Below are positions 27,523-38,931 of a DNA stretch of 64,000 bases, piece by piece. Both the position numbers and the translations under genes were made by a program. Source of the stretch: Selaginella moellendorffii (lineage: Eukaryota; Plantae; Lycopodiophyta); the NCBI RefSeq assembly GCF_000143415.4, contig NW_003314271.1, forward strand, positions 2,609,729 through 2,673,728, given 5' to 3'. The notes under the pieces were generated by a model, which worked only from the letters and a program-made list of their open reading frames with translations, ran no database searches and had not been told where the DNA came from. How positions within the stretch are numbered: the stretch's first letter is position 1; each line of letters begins with the position of its first letter.

Positions 27523-29184
27523 ATGAAATGCTTTGGACGATCGGCAAAACGATCACAATGGCTGTGGCGGATTTTTCTCCGCAGCTCGTTCTCTGCGAGC
27601 TTGGATCAAGCGCTGGGCCGGCTAACGGCGCAAGGTAGCGAAGTAACTTCCGGTACTTACGCCTCGCTCGTCCGGCAGTGTGGCTCGCTGGGAGAATGCA
27701 AGCTCGTCCACCGCCATATCATGAGCTCGAGCAAGCATTTCCAGAGCACTTACCTGAGCAACTTGCTCATACAAATGTATGGCAAGTGTGGCTACCTGGA
27801 CGACGCGATCGCGGTCTTCAAGCAGCTCTCCAGCAGGAACGTGTACTCGTACAACATCATGGTGGCGGCTCTCGTCCAAAACGCTCGGCTCAATCAAGGC
27901 TTGCAAGTTTTCCAGGAGATGCTCTTCGACGGGATCAAGCCGGATGTTGTGAGCTTTGTCACTGTGCTGGGTGCCTGCTCCAGCGTTAAATCGGTGGCTT
28001 TCGTGTACAAGCTGGTCTACGCTGCCGGGCATGAATCCAACGTTGTCATCGCAACCTCGGTGATCAACCTCTATGGCCGGAGTGGTGGCGTCCGCCCAGC
28101 AAGAGAGCTTTTCGACAGGATGACAAGGAAGAACGCTGTGACTTGGAACTCTATGATAGCGGCTTATGCCCAGAACGGGCATGCCGTGGAAGCGATGGAA
28201 ACTTACAAGGTAATGGACGTCGAGCCGGACGAGGTCACGTTTGTCAACGTTTTAGGTGCCTGCTGGTCCGTGGATCAAGCGAAGAAGCTACACGAGAAGA
28301 TAGTTTTGCTCGGGTTTGAGACTGATGTGGTAGTCGGGACCGCGCTGGTGACGATCTATGGGAAGTTCGGCCTCGTCCAGGAGGCCGAGGATGTTTTTGA
28401 AAGGATTCGAGAAAAGAATCTCATCTGCTGGACGGCGATGCTGAGTGCTTATGTCGATCACGGCTTTCACTCGAAAGCTCTCGAAACTTATCAGAAGATG
28501 AGAACTCCGGCAGGCTCTGGTTTGAAGCTGGACGCGATTGTCTTCGTCAGTGCTTTGAACGCGTGCTCGAGCTCGAATGACTTGGACGTTGGGAAGCAGC
28601 TCCATGCCGACATGATCGCTTCCAAGATCAAGCTCGAAGGCGACGCCGCCGCCAGCCTCGTCAACATGTATGGCAAGTGTGGAAGCTTGGCGATGGCGAG
28701 AGAAGTTTTCGACAGGCTCGTGAAGCTGAGAAGAGACATCGTTTTATGGAACACGATGCTCCTTTCCTACGCCCAGAGCGGCCTCCGGAGCGAGGCAGTG
28801 GACTTTCTGTGGGAGATGACTTTAGACGGCACGCAGCCGAACGAGATATCTTTCACGGGAGTTCTGTACGCTTGCTGCCATGGAGGAGTCCTGGAGCAAG
28901 GACGCGAGCACTTCCAGGCCATGGTCCGCGAGTACGAGATCTCTCCAGTGTCCCAGCACTTTGGATGCATGGCCGATCTCTTTGCTAGACTGGGAAAGCT
29001 CGGCGAGGCTGAGGAGCTGCTGAGATCCATGCCTTACGAGCCCGAGTTCGTGATGTGGACCGCCTTGCTCGGTGCTTGTAGAAACTATGGTGACTCCGAG
29101 CGAGCAGCGCGTCTAGCCGAAAGTTTGTCTCCAGAGACATCGTCTTCTTACGTTCTTCTATCGGGCACTATGACGAACTTGTGA
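27523..29184 (+). CDS. PLS-class pentatricopeptide repeat protein ending in the E region, no DYW; probable organellar RNA editing factor
   Basis: Intronless tandem P-L-S motifs (LIQMYGKCG, VTWNSMIAAYAQNG, PDEVTFVNVLGAC), MWTALLGACR and SYVLLS, then stop; first ATG at 27523. Confidence 0.92.
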   Translation: MKCFGRSAKRSQWLWRIFLRSSFSASLDQALGRLTAQGSEVTSGTYASLVRQCGSLGECKLVHRHIMSSSKHFQSTYLSNLLIQMYGKCGYLDDAIAVFKQLSSRNVYSYNIMVAALVQNARLNQGLQVFQEMLFDGIKPDVVSFVTVLGACSSVKSVAFVYKLVYAAGHESNVVIATSVINLYGRSGGVRPARELFDRMTRKNAVTWNSMIAAYAQNGHAVEAMETYKVMDVEPDEVTFVNVLGACWSVDQAKKLHEKIVLLGFETDVVVGTALVTIYGKFGLVQEAEDVFERIREKNLICWTAMLSAYVDHGFHSKALETYQKMRTPAGSGLKLDAIVFVSALNACSSSNDLDVGKQLHADMIASKIKLEGDAAASLVNMYGKCGSLAMAREVFDRLVKLRRDIVLWNTMLLSYAQSGLRSEAVDFLWEMTLDGTQPNEISFTGVLYACCHGGVLEQGREHFQAMVREYEISPVSQHFGCMADLFARLGKLGEAEELLRSMPYEPEFVMWTALLGACRNYGDSERAARLAESLSPETSSSYVLLSGTMTNL

Positions 29185-29358
29185 GCTTTTCTCGCAAGAT
29201 GGAGGAAAGAACTCTTTGGTGGAACCATCGCAGTCGGGATCTCTGCCGGAATTTTGACACTTCGCTACGAGCTTTTTTGGTGGACGCGTGGACGACGATT
29301 TTTTTTTTTTCGTTTTCTTGGCAGCCTATGAGGTTTCCAGCGTCTTCGTAGCGGAGGG

Positions 29359-31966
29359 ATGGCGATAGCAGCCGGGGCGGTAAACTATCCACAGTTGCTC
29401 TCGGCAGTGGACAGTGCGAAGAACACCTCAAGGCCTTGCTTGCGCTCTGGGTTTTTGGTGAGTACCTTACGTTGTCTGGACTGACAATGCAAGCAGCTTC
29501 TTATCTAGTTTTCCTTGCTTTCAGGGAGCTTGCGGAAGTTTTACAAGCCATCCGGGACGAACCAAGCTTGCTTGTAACTCCCCATCTCAGGCAGCAGCTG
29601 TTGCTTCCTGGGATTTTGGACGATTTCTGAAGACTGTCTTCTTTTTCAACGAGCCGTCTTTCCCAAAGGTTTGCTTCAACGTAATCCGGTTTCGTATCTA
29701 AACTAACAGTGTCTTTCAGCTGGTGCAATCCATCACGGAAAGGTTTACGAAGTCTCGAGAAGCAGTGCCAATGGCAGACAGCAAAGCAAAGACCGGAGAT
29801 TTAGTTCTTGTCACCGGTGCAACTGGAGGCGTTGGGAAGAGAGTGGTGGATGTCCTGAGAAAAAAAGGCATTCCTGTTCGTGTCCTGGTAATGGAATTCT
29901 CGCATTCCAACTCTGTGTCTTATCGTTTTGACATGCAGGTCAGGAATACCGAGAAGGCTAGAACTTTACTGGGACCAGACACAGATATTGTGAGTATAGC
30001 TATAGATCATTGAAAACTGGTGGTAATCTACTTTCGTCTGGCAAGATCTCAGGTGACTGGAGATGTAACGAAGAAAGCTACACTGCAACCTCACTACTTT
30101 CATGGAGTGAAGAAAGTGATAAGCGCGGCCTCGGTTATTGTAGGACCCAAGGAGGGAGATACACCGGATAGGCAAAAGTACTCTCAGGTAATAAGAGACC
30201 ATTGCTTCTAGCTCGATCAATTCAATTTCTCATTTTTTATTGATACACTTTGCAGGGCATAAAGTTTTTTATGCCAGAGGTGAGTAGTCAGTTTTTTTGT
30301 TTGTTTTCCTATTCTTACTTTGATATTCCAGATTAAAGGCGATCCACCAGAAGCAGTGGAATACCAGGGAATGAAAAACTTGATTGATGCTGTAAAAGAT
30401 CATGTTGGACTGCTTCAAGGAAGGCTTTTGATTGGCTTCTATGGTAAGAGAGTGATATTGTTTATTCTTGCACAATTATGTCCCGTCTTGGTCGTAGAGA
30501 ATGGCATTCCTTTCGGGCCCGCGTGGGGATCTTTGGACGATGTTGTTATGGGAGGTGTGAGCGAAAGTTTTCTGCAAGTTGGCCGAGAGGGAGATGAGCC
30601 AGTTGGGATCTTCAGAGGTATTTTCAACTTCCCAGAAGAAACTGTGTAACAACTTCGCTCTTGTGCTGTATAGGAGTTGTCTCGACTGCAAACAATGGAG
30701 GCTTTGCGAGCATAAGAACAAAGGTGTAGTAGTCACTCCGGCTAAGAGCATTAGATCTCATGTATGGCTTGACAGAACTTTGATCCAGTGCTGGACTTGT
30801 CCGCGTACGACGGCCTGGAGCTCCGGCTCAAAGGAAACGGCCAAAGATTGAAGCTGATTGTCCGCGTTTCCAAAGATTGGGACGGAACCGGATACACTGC
30901 GAGCTTTGACACACAGAAGAACTCTTGGACACAGGTAACCGTCATGTTTCTTACCTTTTGCGTGGAAGCTGGAAACCACTCTCGTAGGTTCGGGTCCCAT
31001 TTTCAAGCTTCGTGCCAGTTTTTCGAGCACGAACTGTGCAAGACGCTCCACCGTTTGACGTCTCGAGCATCGCTTCGCTACAGGTATGTTCATGTAGGCA
31101 TTTTTCTCGACTTCCAGCTCCGTTTTGCCTCTCTTTGTAGCTCATGTACAGCAAGTTCGAGTACGATGGCAGGCTTAATCCAACCTTTGAACCAGGTTCG
31201 TTTGCGATTCCAATCGCAAGCATCAAAGCTTATCTCAATGAGCCTGTTACACCGAGGTATAGTCCCGAGTTTCGTTATAAGCTTTTGAATAGTTCTCTTC
31301 GTGCAGGTTTGTTCACGTAAGTTCTGCTGGGGTTACGAGACCGGACAGACCAGGATTGGATCTAAGTAAGCAGCCACCAGCAGTCCGGCTCAATAAAGAG
31401 CTTGGAGACATACTCACTTACAAACTCAAGGTAAACTTGCACGGGAGTACTTTGGCTCAAAGCTCGAGCTTATGAAGTCGTCTCTCAGGGAGAGGATCTT
31501 ATACGAGAGAGTGGGGTGCCTTTCACGATCGTCAGACCCTGTGCGCTTACAGAAGAGCCAGCAGGAGCAGAGCTACAGTTTGATCAGGGAGACAACATCA
31601 CAGTATGAGCAGTTTCAGTATCTCATTTGGAGCTGTTTCTCACATTTCTTTGATTGTCATTGCACAGGGAAAGATTTCGCGAGAAGAAGTTGCACGAATT
31701 TGCGTGGCTGCTCTGGAATCTCCCGCAGCTTGCAATGTGACATTCGAGGTAGAGTTTCTCTTCGTTTTCCCCTTCCCGATTCATGGCTTTTCTTTTGCGT
31801 TTCTCTCTAACAGGTGAAGAGCACAGTTCCTTTCAGTGAACCCTTCTCCATCGATCCCAGCAATCCTCCTGCCGAGAGAAACTACGAAGAAAACTTTAAG
31901 AATCTCAAGCAAGGAATCACTGGCAAGACGGGGCCAGTTCCAGAGGCCTACGCGGCTTCAAAGTAG
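29359..31966 (+). CDS. Plastid NAD(P)-binding Rossmann-fold protein with inserted CIA30-like domain (At4g18810/HCF173 family); many exons
   Basis: WDFGRFLKTVFFF, VLVTGATGGVG, GPKEGDTPDRQKYSQ, WGSLDDVVMGGVS, YSKFEYDG, VHVSSAGVTRP, VRPCALTEEP. Confidence 0.88.
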
Positions 31967-32071
31967 AGATTCAAAAATTTTAAAATAAAGGATTAGGGCT
32001 TGCGTGACAAATGCGCATCTTGCCACGTGTCTCTACGGGGACTAGAAAGAGCGACTTTTTAGGGCTCCTGG

Positions 32072-32980
32072 ATGGCGGCGATGAGGCCCGCAATGCGAGT
32101 GCTACGGCTCCAGGGATTCCCCATCTTCCGGCAGCTCCAGCTCGAGGAGCGATTGATGCACAAGACCGATGAGAATTGGTGCATCTTCAACAATGGGACA
32201 TCGCCTCCCACGATCGTCATGGGAGTGAGCGGGTAAGAAGAGATTCTCCCCAAATGCGCGCGTCTTTGTTGATGGATCCGTGCCCCAGGAGCCCGGAAGA
32301 GCTTCTGGATGTGGACGCCGTGTCCCGGGATGGAATCCCTGTCGTGCGACGCTTCTCCGGCGGCGGGACTGTGATTGTGGACGAAGATACGCTCTTTGTC
32401 ACGCTCATTTGCTCGCGAAAGGCGATTCCATCGCTGGAACTCTTCCCCAGGACTATACTGAAATGGACCGGGGAGCTGTACAAGAACGTTTTTTGGGACA
32501 ATCCAGACTTCACAGTTCACGAGCAAGGTACCGGAGAGATAAAAGAGTTTCTTTGGCGACTGTTCTTCGTGAGTGCTGGACAGACTATGCGTTCGGGCAG
32601 ACGAAGATCGCTGGAAATGCCGAGTCCATCTCCAAAGATCGCTGGCTCCACCACACTTCCTTCCTCTGGGACTATAGCCCGCCACGAATGGCTTACTTGA
32701 CTATTCCGCGCCGCGCTCCAGCGTATCGACTGGTGAGCGAGTTTTCGTTACTTCGTTCTATGAGCTTGAGCTGTATGTAAATCTCGCACAGGGCCGATCC
32801 CACGGCGATTTCATCTGCAAGCTCAAAGACTATCTCTCGTATCGCGAAGAACTTGCGGAGCTACTGGAAGACGCTCTCGGTCGCCATTTTTTCCTGGAAA
32901 GAACGAGGCTCGAAGACGTAGATGAAGAGGAGTATAAGCACCGGACACAGTTCGTCGAACTCCTTAGAAGTCCGATATAG
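32072..32980 (+). CDS. LPLA: Lipoate-protein ligase A-like; multi-exon
   Basis: QLQLEERL, TIVMGVSG, VRRFSGGGTVIVD, KIAGNAESI, WLHHTSFLWDY, PAYR..RSHGDF. Confidence 0.88.
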
Positions 32981-33269
32981 TGACGTGGACTCCGGTAGAT
33001 GCTGATAGGGAGTCCGAGATACTGACGTGTTTTAGTCCCGGATGGACGTTTTTGTTAACACCATTATAATGTGACTTTGCTTTGTTGATGGAATACTATT
33101 CAATTTAATTCAACAGTCGAATCTTATTATGCCTTTTCTACCCTTCAAAAGCCACGCTTTAAGTGGTCTTTTAGCTTTAGAGAAAGTGTGTTCTTGCTTT
33201 ACACCACCAATCCGAAGGGAAAAAAAAAAAGCAATATGCAGCTGCTGCCGCTTGGGCACCGCTTGAGCA

Positions 33270-34200
33270 TTAGAAGCTTGCTTCTCTTGTTGCAAACGTA
33301 CCATCCTCTTGTATAATCTCTGAGTAAGCACACGTCCAGTCTAGAGTTTTCCGACAGAAAAGTGACTTGCTCATCATCGAGATGGCTAGCATAATTGGCA
33401 CAACTGCCATGCTCCTGACCTCGAGCAGCTCCATCCGCCAGAACAAGTTACAGAATGATCCTCCTGACCTCGAGCTCCTTCCTGGGACGCCCGAAAATAT
33501 CCGATCCAACTCCTCCTCAGATTTAGCAGAACAAAGTACGTAATCGCTTCTCATGCTATAATACCGTGCAAAGCACCCCTTGCAGTCGGCTCCAAGTTCC
33601 TGCAGCCACTCCTTGAGCTTGCTGAATCTGAGGAAAGCAATCAGAAACACCAAGAGCAGGAACTCTTTGCAACGAACTGCAAAGTACGTACTTGGACATG
33701 AAATTCTCCCGTGACCATCGATCGTTGCTATGAGCCGCCGCTTCCTGCAAAAAGGAGAAGAGCTCTCTTTTACGTTAGCAACCATGAAGAATTGGGAGGG
33801 AAGTGGTACTTACAAAAACTGCCAGTCTGAATCAAGACAATGCTCTTGGTTGCTGTCTCGCTGGTGGAACGATCGAATCGAGTTTGTTAGTAAGTGAAGG
33901 AGCCTCAAGAAAAAAAAACGAGTTTTGAGGAGGAAAAATGGGGAAACAAGTACTCAACTTCAGAGATTTGGTCCTCCGCAACCACCAGCGTTTTCACTGA
34001 CTGTGGCAGCCGCTCGATCCTATTTCCTGGAAGAAAGAAAGGAAAACTCTCATTCAAGATTGTCATAAAGAGTTTACCGTCCAGTTCCATCGCGTAGTAG
34101 CTGAAAGGCGCTCTGGATCAAGCACAATCTCCAGCTGGAATTAGAGCAAACGAATGTCTGGATGAAGATCGTACCTGTTGGGGATCGACCCAAGAACACC
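33270..34200 (-). CDS. Hypothetical spliced gene or pseudogene, unknown product
   Basis: Coding-like segments separated by short pyrimidine-rich GT-AG intron-like spacers; telo-box-like motifs upstream; no recognisable domain. Confidence 0.3.
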
Positions 34201-34249
34201 ATAAACCCCAGTGCCGCAAAGCCCGGAGCTTTAGGGTTTAAGGGAGACG

Positions 34250-35140
34250 ATGCCGCGATCCTTTGAAGCGGTGTTTGCGCGCGCGCTCGAGGCAGTGGAG
34301 CGCAAGGCGGAGCACGACGACGATCTCGACTGGCAGGCATGGAACAATCGCGAGGAGTGCACCGTGGGTAAGCGCTGGAGCGTCGCCAAGCTCAACCGCT
34401 ACCTCGAGATATGGAAGCTAGGGGTGTCGTGCGTCATGCGCCCCGGCGGCAAAGTTATCGCCGTGGAGCGGCAGCACGAATCCTTCGTCGCTGGGTACGT
34501 GAGGGATAGATTCATGTCCAGGAGGAATGGGATGGAGCCTCTGGGGAGCAGGACGTGGGGACTACTCTACGTTCCATTTGCCCATCTCCCCAGGGGGAGC
34601 ATCAAGCTCCTCACCATGGAAGCCTTCCATGCCGCGCTCTACCAGCTCGAGCCCAACAATGGCAAGTACCTGACCAATCGCCCATGCCCGCGCTTCATCC
34701 TCGACATCGGCCAGTGCCAGACGCTGCCCGAGCTCCTCTCCTACAAGGACGCCTACTTCCATAGCCCCGGCTCCAAGGTCCAGATCTTCCTGGCGATCAA
34801 GTTGTACGTGAAGACGCAGCTGAGGCAGATGGTGGCGGTGTTGCTCCACCGATATGGCGATGCTAGAGCCATCTCGTTTGGAGAGGAAGCGCTACATCCC
34901 GTGACTGTGGCGTGGCTGGAGGAGCAGGGGATTCCATTGGCCGGAGTGGGACACGGCGGGGTGGAATGCGATCGACCAGGCATTCCGAGCTACGAGATCA
35001 AGCTTGACATCGCCAAGGTGCTCGAGGGTGGGGATGATGTCGACACCGTTCGGGAGAAGTGTGGCGACCATGTTACGCTGGATCTCTACTGGGTCAAGAC
35101 TGAGTTTCACAATAGCGCTCGTTTGCAACCCAAGGGTTAA
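34250..35140 (+). CDS. Intronless 296-aa Uma2-like (PD-(D/E)XK fold) protein of the Crinkler/Glomeromycota type, probably catalytically degenerate
   Basis: GC-rich long ORF; motif string PCPRFILDIG..QTL...YF.....QIFLAIKLY...ISFG..LH...GVG.GG..C..PGIP.Y.I...LDL matches my recollection of Uma2-like families expanded in arbuscular mycorrhizal fungi. Confidence 0.55.
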   Translation: MPRSFEAVFARALEAVERKAEHDDDLDWQAWNNREECTVGKRWSVAKLNRYLEIWKLGVSCVMRPGGKVIAVERQHESFVAGYVRDRFMSRRNGMEPLGSRTWGLLYVPFAHLPRGSIKLLTMEAFHAALYQLEPNNGKYLTNRPCPRFILDIGQCQTLPELLSYKDAYFHSPGSKVQIFLAIKLYVKTQLRQMVAVLLHRYGDARAISFGEEALHPVTVAWLEEQGIPLAGVGHGGVECDRPGIPSYEIKLDIAKVLEGGDDVDTVREKCGDHVTLDLYWVKTEFHNSARLQPKG

Positions 35141-37955
35141 CTAGCATATCCTAAGTAATTAGCAGCTAGCATATCTCTGCGCTGGAGAATTCCTCGCGAT
35201 TTCACCTTCTGCAGGCAGTGAATCCATAGGGCGTGCTGTGTTTGTGGCTTGCATCCTCTCCAATTAGCTGCTTTTCTCGCCCTCCTCGCCTAGGAACTCC
35301 TCTTGCTTGGATTCCAGCGCCCAGGTTTCTGATCTCAGTGGTTAAGTCCAGGGAAATGAAGGAAGACTTCTTTACTTTTCTAAAGTCCAAAGAACTAAAA
35401 GAGATAAGAGATCTCAAAACCAACAAGCGAAACAAAAACTCAAAGTATTTGGAAAGAATTCAAGAGATTTTTGAAGCTCAATGGAATAATCAAAGAGCTC
35501 ACAAGATCCGATCTAGTAAAAGAAATCACACAAACCAGGCTTGTGTACATTGATCTCCCGGCAGTGGACTTCTGCTATACTCTACCTGGATGTTCTTGCT
35601 TGGTCTGGATGTGAGAGTTGATTGATCTCTTGAGAATGATCGGGATGTTCTTCTTCTGGATGTGATAGGCTTAGTTGATGACAATGGACTTCTGCTATAC
35701 TCTAAACGTCGGGAACGCGATGAAAACCCGGAGTGGACCAGTGACTTTGGTCCTGGAGTGATCGGTGTTCCCGTCACACATCCAGGCGCTGATACTGGGC
35801 TCCAAGCTAGACAATACTTTGAATTACGGGGCTGGAATAACAGCGGCTTCGCTTCTCCCAATCAACCATGGGTATAATGTGGGATTCGTTAGATACGCTT
35901 GGAGGTTCCTGCTTCCCAAAGGGATCAGGCAGTTCGCGAGCTTCTTTACGAGTGTCGACGATGAAGAAGACAATGACGACAAGGGTCTGAGAGAGCCGTG
36001 GAAGCGTCGTTTGAGGTCATATGCAACACGGACGAAGAGCTATCGCACGGCAACTTTCAACTTCAGGAGCTAACAAGCAACCATCGTTTTGGTCTTGGCT
36101 ACGTCAAGGTATGGCGTTTCTACAGTATTTTCTTACTTGTTTGATTGTTCCAGAGGACAGATTGGGATCTTGCTTACAAAATGGAGCAGAAATGCAACAG
36201 CTCATTGCGAGATCGTGATTCCAGACCACGAATCCTCTGGCTGATCGTCCGATAGATCCCTATAATCACAATTATCAGACCAAAAACACGTTTCCCATGT
36301 TTTACAAAGGCTTGTCAAAGCTTGGGGTTGATTGACATCATCACTGCGAGCATCATTTCAAACAAGAACTTTGTTTTATCAGAGATAGAGTCAAGATATT
36401 TAGTTATGACTACTTGATCGAAACAAGAACGCCAGGGCGTTGGAGTGGTGTTGAAAGCTTTGATGCCATTTGTTCCCACCCAGGAATGCCCCGCTATGCT
36501 CTCCTGCTTGACTCCTCCTGGTTTTTCGGGAATCCTGCTGCGGCTGCTGCGGCTATGGCACCGCCTGCCTTCGTCCTGGACCTCTACTCTGTGCAGCGCG
36601 CTGCACACGGCTTCGCGTTTTGATTGTAAGGAACCGAAAGAAGAGCTCCAGACTTCTCAGTCGAGTGTTGCGAGCTGTGGCCTTCAAGTTGATATCAGCC
36701 TGGGATTATGTCTCGACAGAGAATTCCATCCGCCACTCACACGGTCTCTGGTAGTGTCATCGATCGATCGAGAGAAAGAGGGAGAGGAAGTGGTGTCTTG
36801 GTCGTTCGTTGGACATCCCGGTTGTGTGTCTGCCACGAGTTGCCAGTTTCTTTGTTTGAGATATTACTCTATTTAAATAAATTTGCTCCCCCTCTGGTCT
36901 TGATCGAACTGCGGCTTTGGCGCTGCGATCTCAGAGGAGCGTCAAGAGCGCCATCAAATTGGACGGGGTATGACGGATCCCAGATTGTCTTTGAGCTAGA
37001 GAGACTTACACTCGAACAACTGGAAGGCTTCGATCGTCCCAGTCTTCTCTTCTAGCCTTGTGCTTCTGGGCTTTGGCTTTGGCGTAGCAGGCTTGCGACA
37101 CTTAGTTATGTGATCCCTCTGCCATTTCGAAGGCCGACCGACTCTCGGTCATGTCACGGGCCTTTGCGACAAGAGCTCTCCCAGCACCTCCTTCATCACG
37201 TCCACGGGCTTGCAATCGGGCACCTGGCGTCGGTCTGTCCGGCCGCGTCAACCTGCATACGAGCTGAAGTGAGCTTTAATATAAACTTGATCTCTCCACA
37301 GCTCTCGCTCAATGCCTCCTCCCTGTAAAACCACATTGTACAACTACAACCTTGGCAAAATCCAAACAGGCACTCTGCTATTTTCTTTTCCTCCAGCGCG
37401 AGACACAATTAATTCTTCCGCCATACCAAAACATCAGGAGGATCTATATCACCTGAAGGCGTGATATCAGTGATTGAGAGCTTGCTCTAACCAGCCATTT
37501 CTCACGAGATCCCAGGTAGTCTTTTCGTCTAAACACATGCGGTAGCTATCCACGAAACGTAACCACAGAGTTTCTAGAAAACTCTGGATCACAAAAAATT
37601 CTCCTGTTACCACCGCTTGTTCCAGCGCCAGGGCCACCGCGAAGAAAGATAACATGCTAGAAATCCAGTGCGTGAGAATCGAAAATGGAGAGTAGCCAGC
37701 TTACCTGACCATGCGAACTCCGGAGTGAAGCTCCGGATACAGTGCCGATGGAACCGACCGGGACTTGGATGCGATTCCTGCGCAGTAACGCATTCCAGAG
37801 AACCCTAGGCCCGGGGATGCTCTGGAGCCTCGCTCCGTGGTCATTGTGGTCTTTAGCGACTAATTTTATGTATAAATGCAAGCCTATTAGTATTTCTTTG
37901 CAGGTGTTTAACTGACGGACTGTACCTATTAGAGAAGAGGGTTTTTATTATAGCT

Positions 37956-38601
37956 ATGGCGGGGAGCAGTGGTCTGGCGACAGCGGCCAAATATTTCAGC
38001 TCCGCGATGCGAAGGAACGCAGCGATCAGGCAGCCGCTGAGCGCGATGCGCACCAGGAGCGGCGGATGGGGATTGCCGCTGCCGCCGGAAGAAGAAGTCT
38101 CCGCCCCTGTAAGTTTTTCTTGCTCGATCTAGGATAATGTAGCTAGTTTCTGAGGAACCCGCGCAATCTGTGACCTAGGTAGAAATCGTGTGATGTCTCC
38201 CTTCTACTGTGATCCTTTGTTTTTATCTCAGGTTCCCGAAGAGTATGAGCTTTGGTGGGGAGGAGAGCGCGTTGACGAGGATCCTACTGACATAGATAAG
38301 GTATGCATTTTTTCTTCGATTTTCTTCCTGGTTCTAGCTAGATAGTGTTTTGCAGTGGGAAGCTCTTGGAATGTGTTGCGCTGGACTGTCTTTCTTCGCC
38401 ATACTCGGGGTTCTTGCACACTACCGAGCTAAATATTCTAAGAGGCCTTATGTAAGTGATCGTAGAGTTTGTGGTGTCTTCTTGGACTAACTTATATACT
38501 TTGAGAAGCCACTGCGAGAGTTTCCTTGGCTTGAAGAGTGGGATAGGCTTATCCCGGTGGAGGAGCGAGAGCAAAACTTCGATCATCCTCAAAACTACTG
38601 A
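37956..38601 (+). CDS. NDUFB8: Mitochondrial complex I subunit NDUFB8/ASHI; multi-exon
   Basis: Presequence, RTRSGGWGLP...VPEEYELWW, WEALGMCCAGLSFFAILGVLA TM helix, KRPYPLREFP; parallels plant NDUFB8. Confidence 0.72.
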
Positions 38602-38931
38602 TGTGGTAACTTTGCAAGCTTTCCAAATTCCTGTTTTGTTATGTTTCTAAATTTTCCTCCTCGAGACTTTCTGTCGTCTGGGAAAATCGCAGGAATCCGT
38701 CGTGATCTCCCAAGGGTTTTGCCTAGGTTCTTTCGCAGTGGTGGATCTCTGTGCAAATAAGAAATGAAAATAACTCGGATTCCAGGTGGTGTCTCTTCAA
38801 GTTCGTGTGATGGGAACATCAATAGGTGCTAGTGTGATGGAAGGGTGACCACCAACAGATTTTGCAGGCTATGGGTATATATCTCATCGTGGAGGACTTT
38901 TCCGCAATTTTTGTTGGATCTTCTCTGCGGA

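Noticed and set aside
37460-37860. Nucleoside monophosphate kinase (VIFLRGGPGAGT)
   Set aside because: Lacks the Walker A lysine and has no continuing homologous frame.
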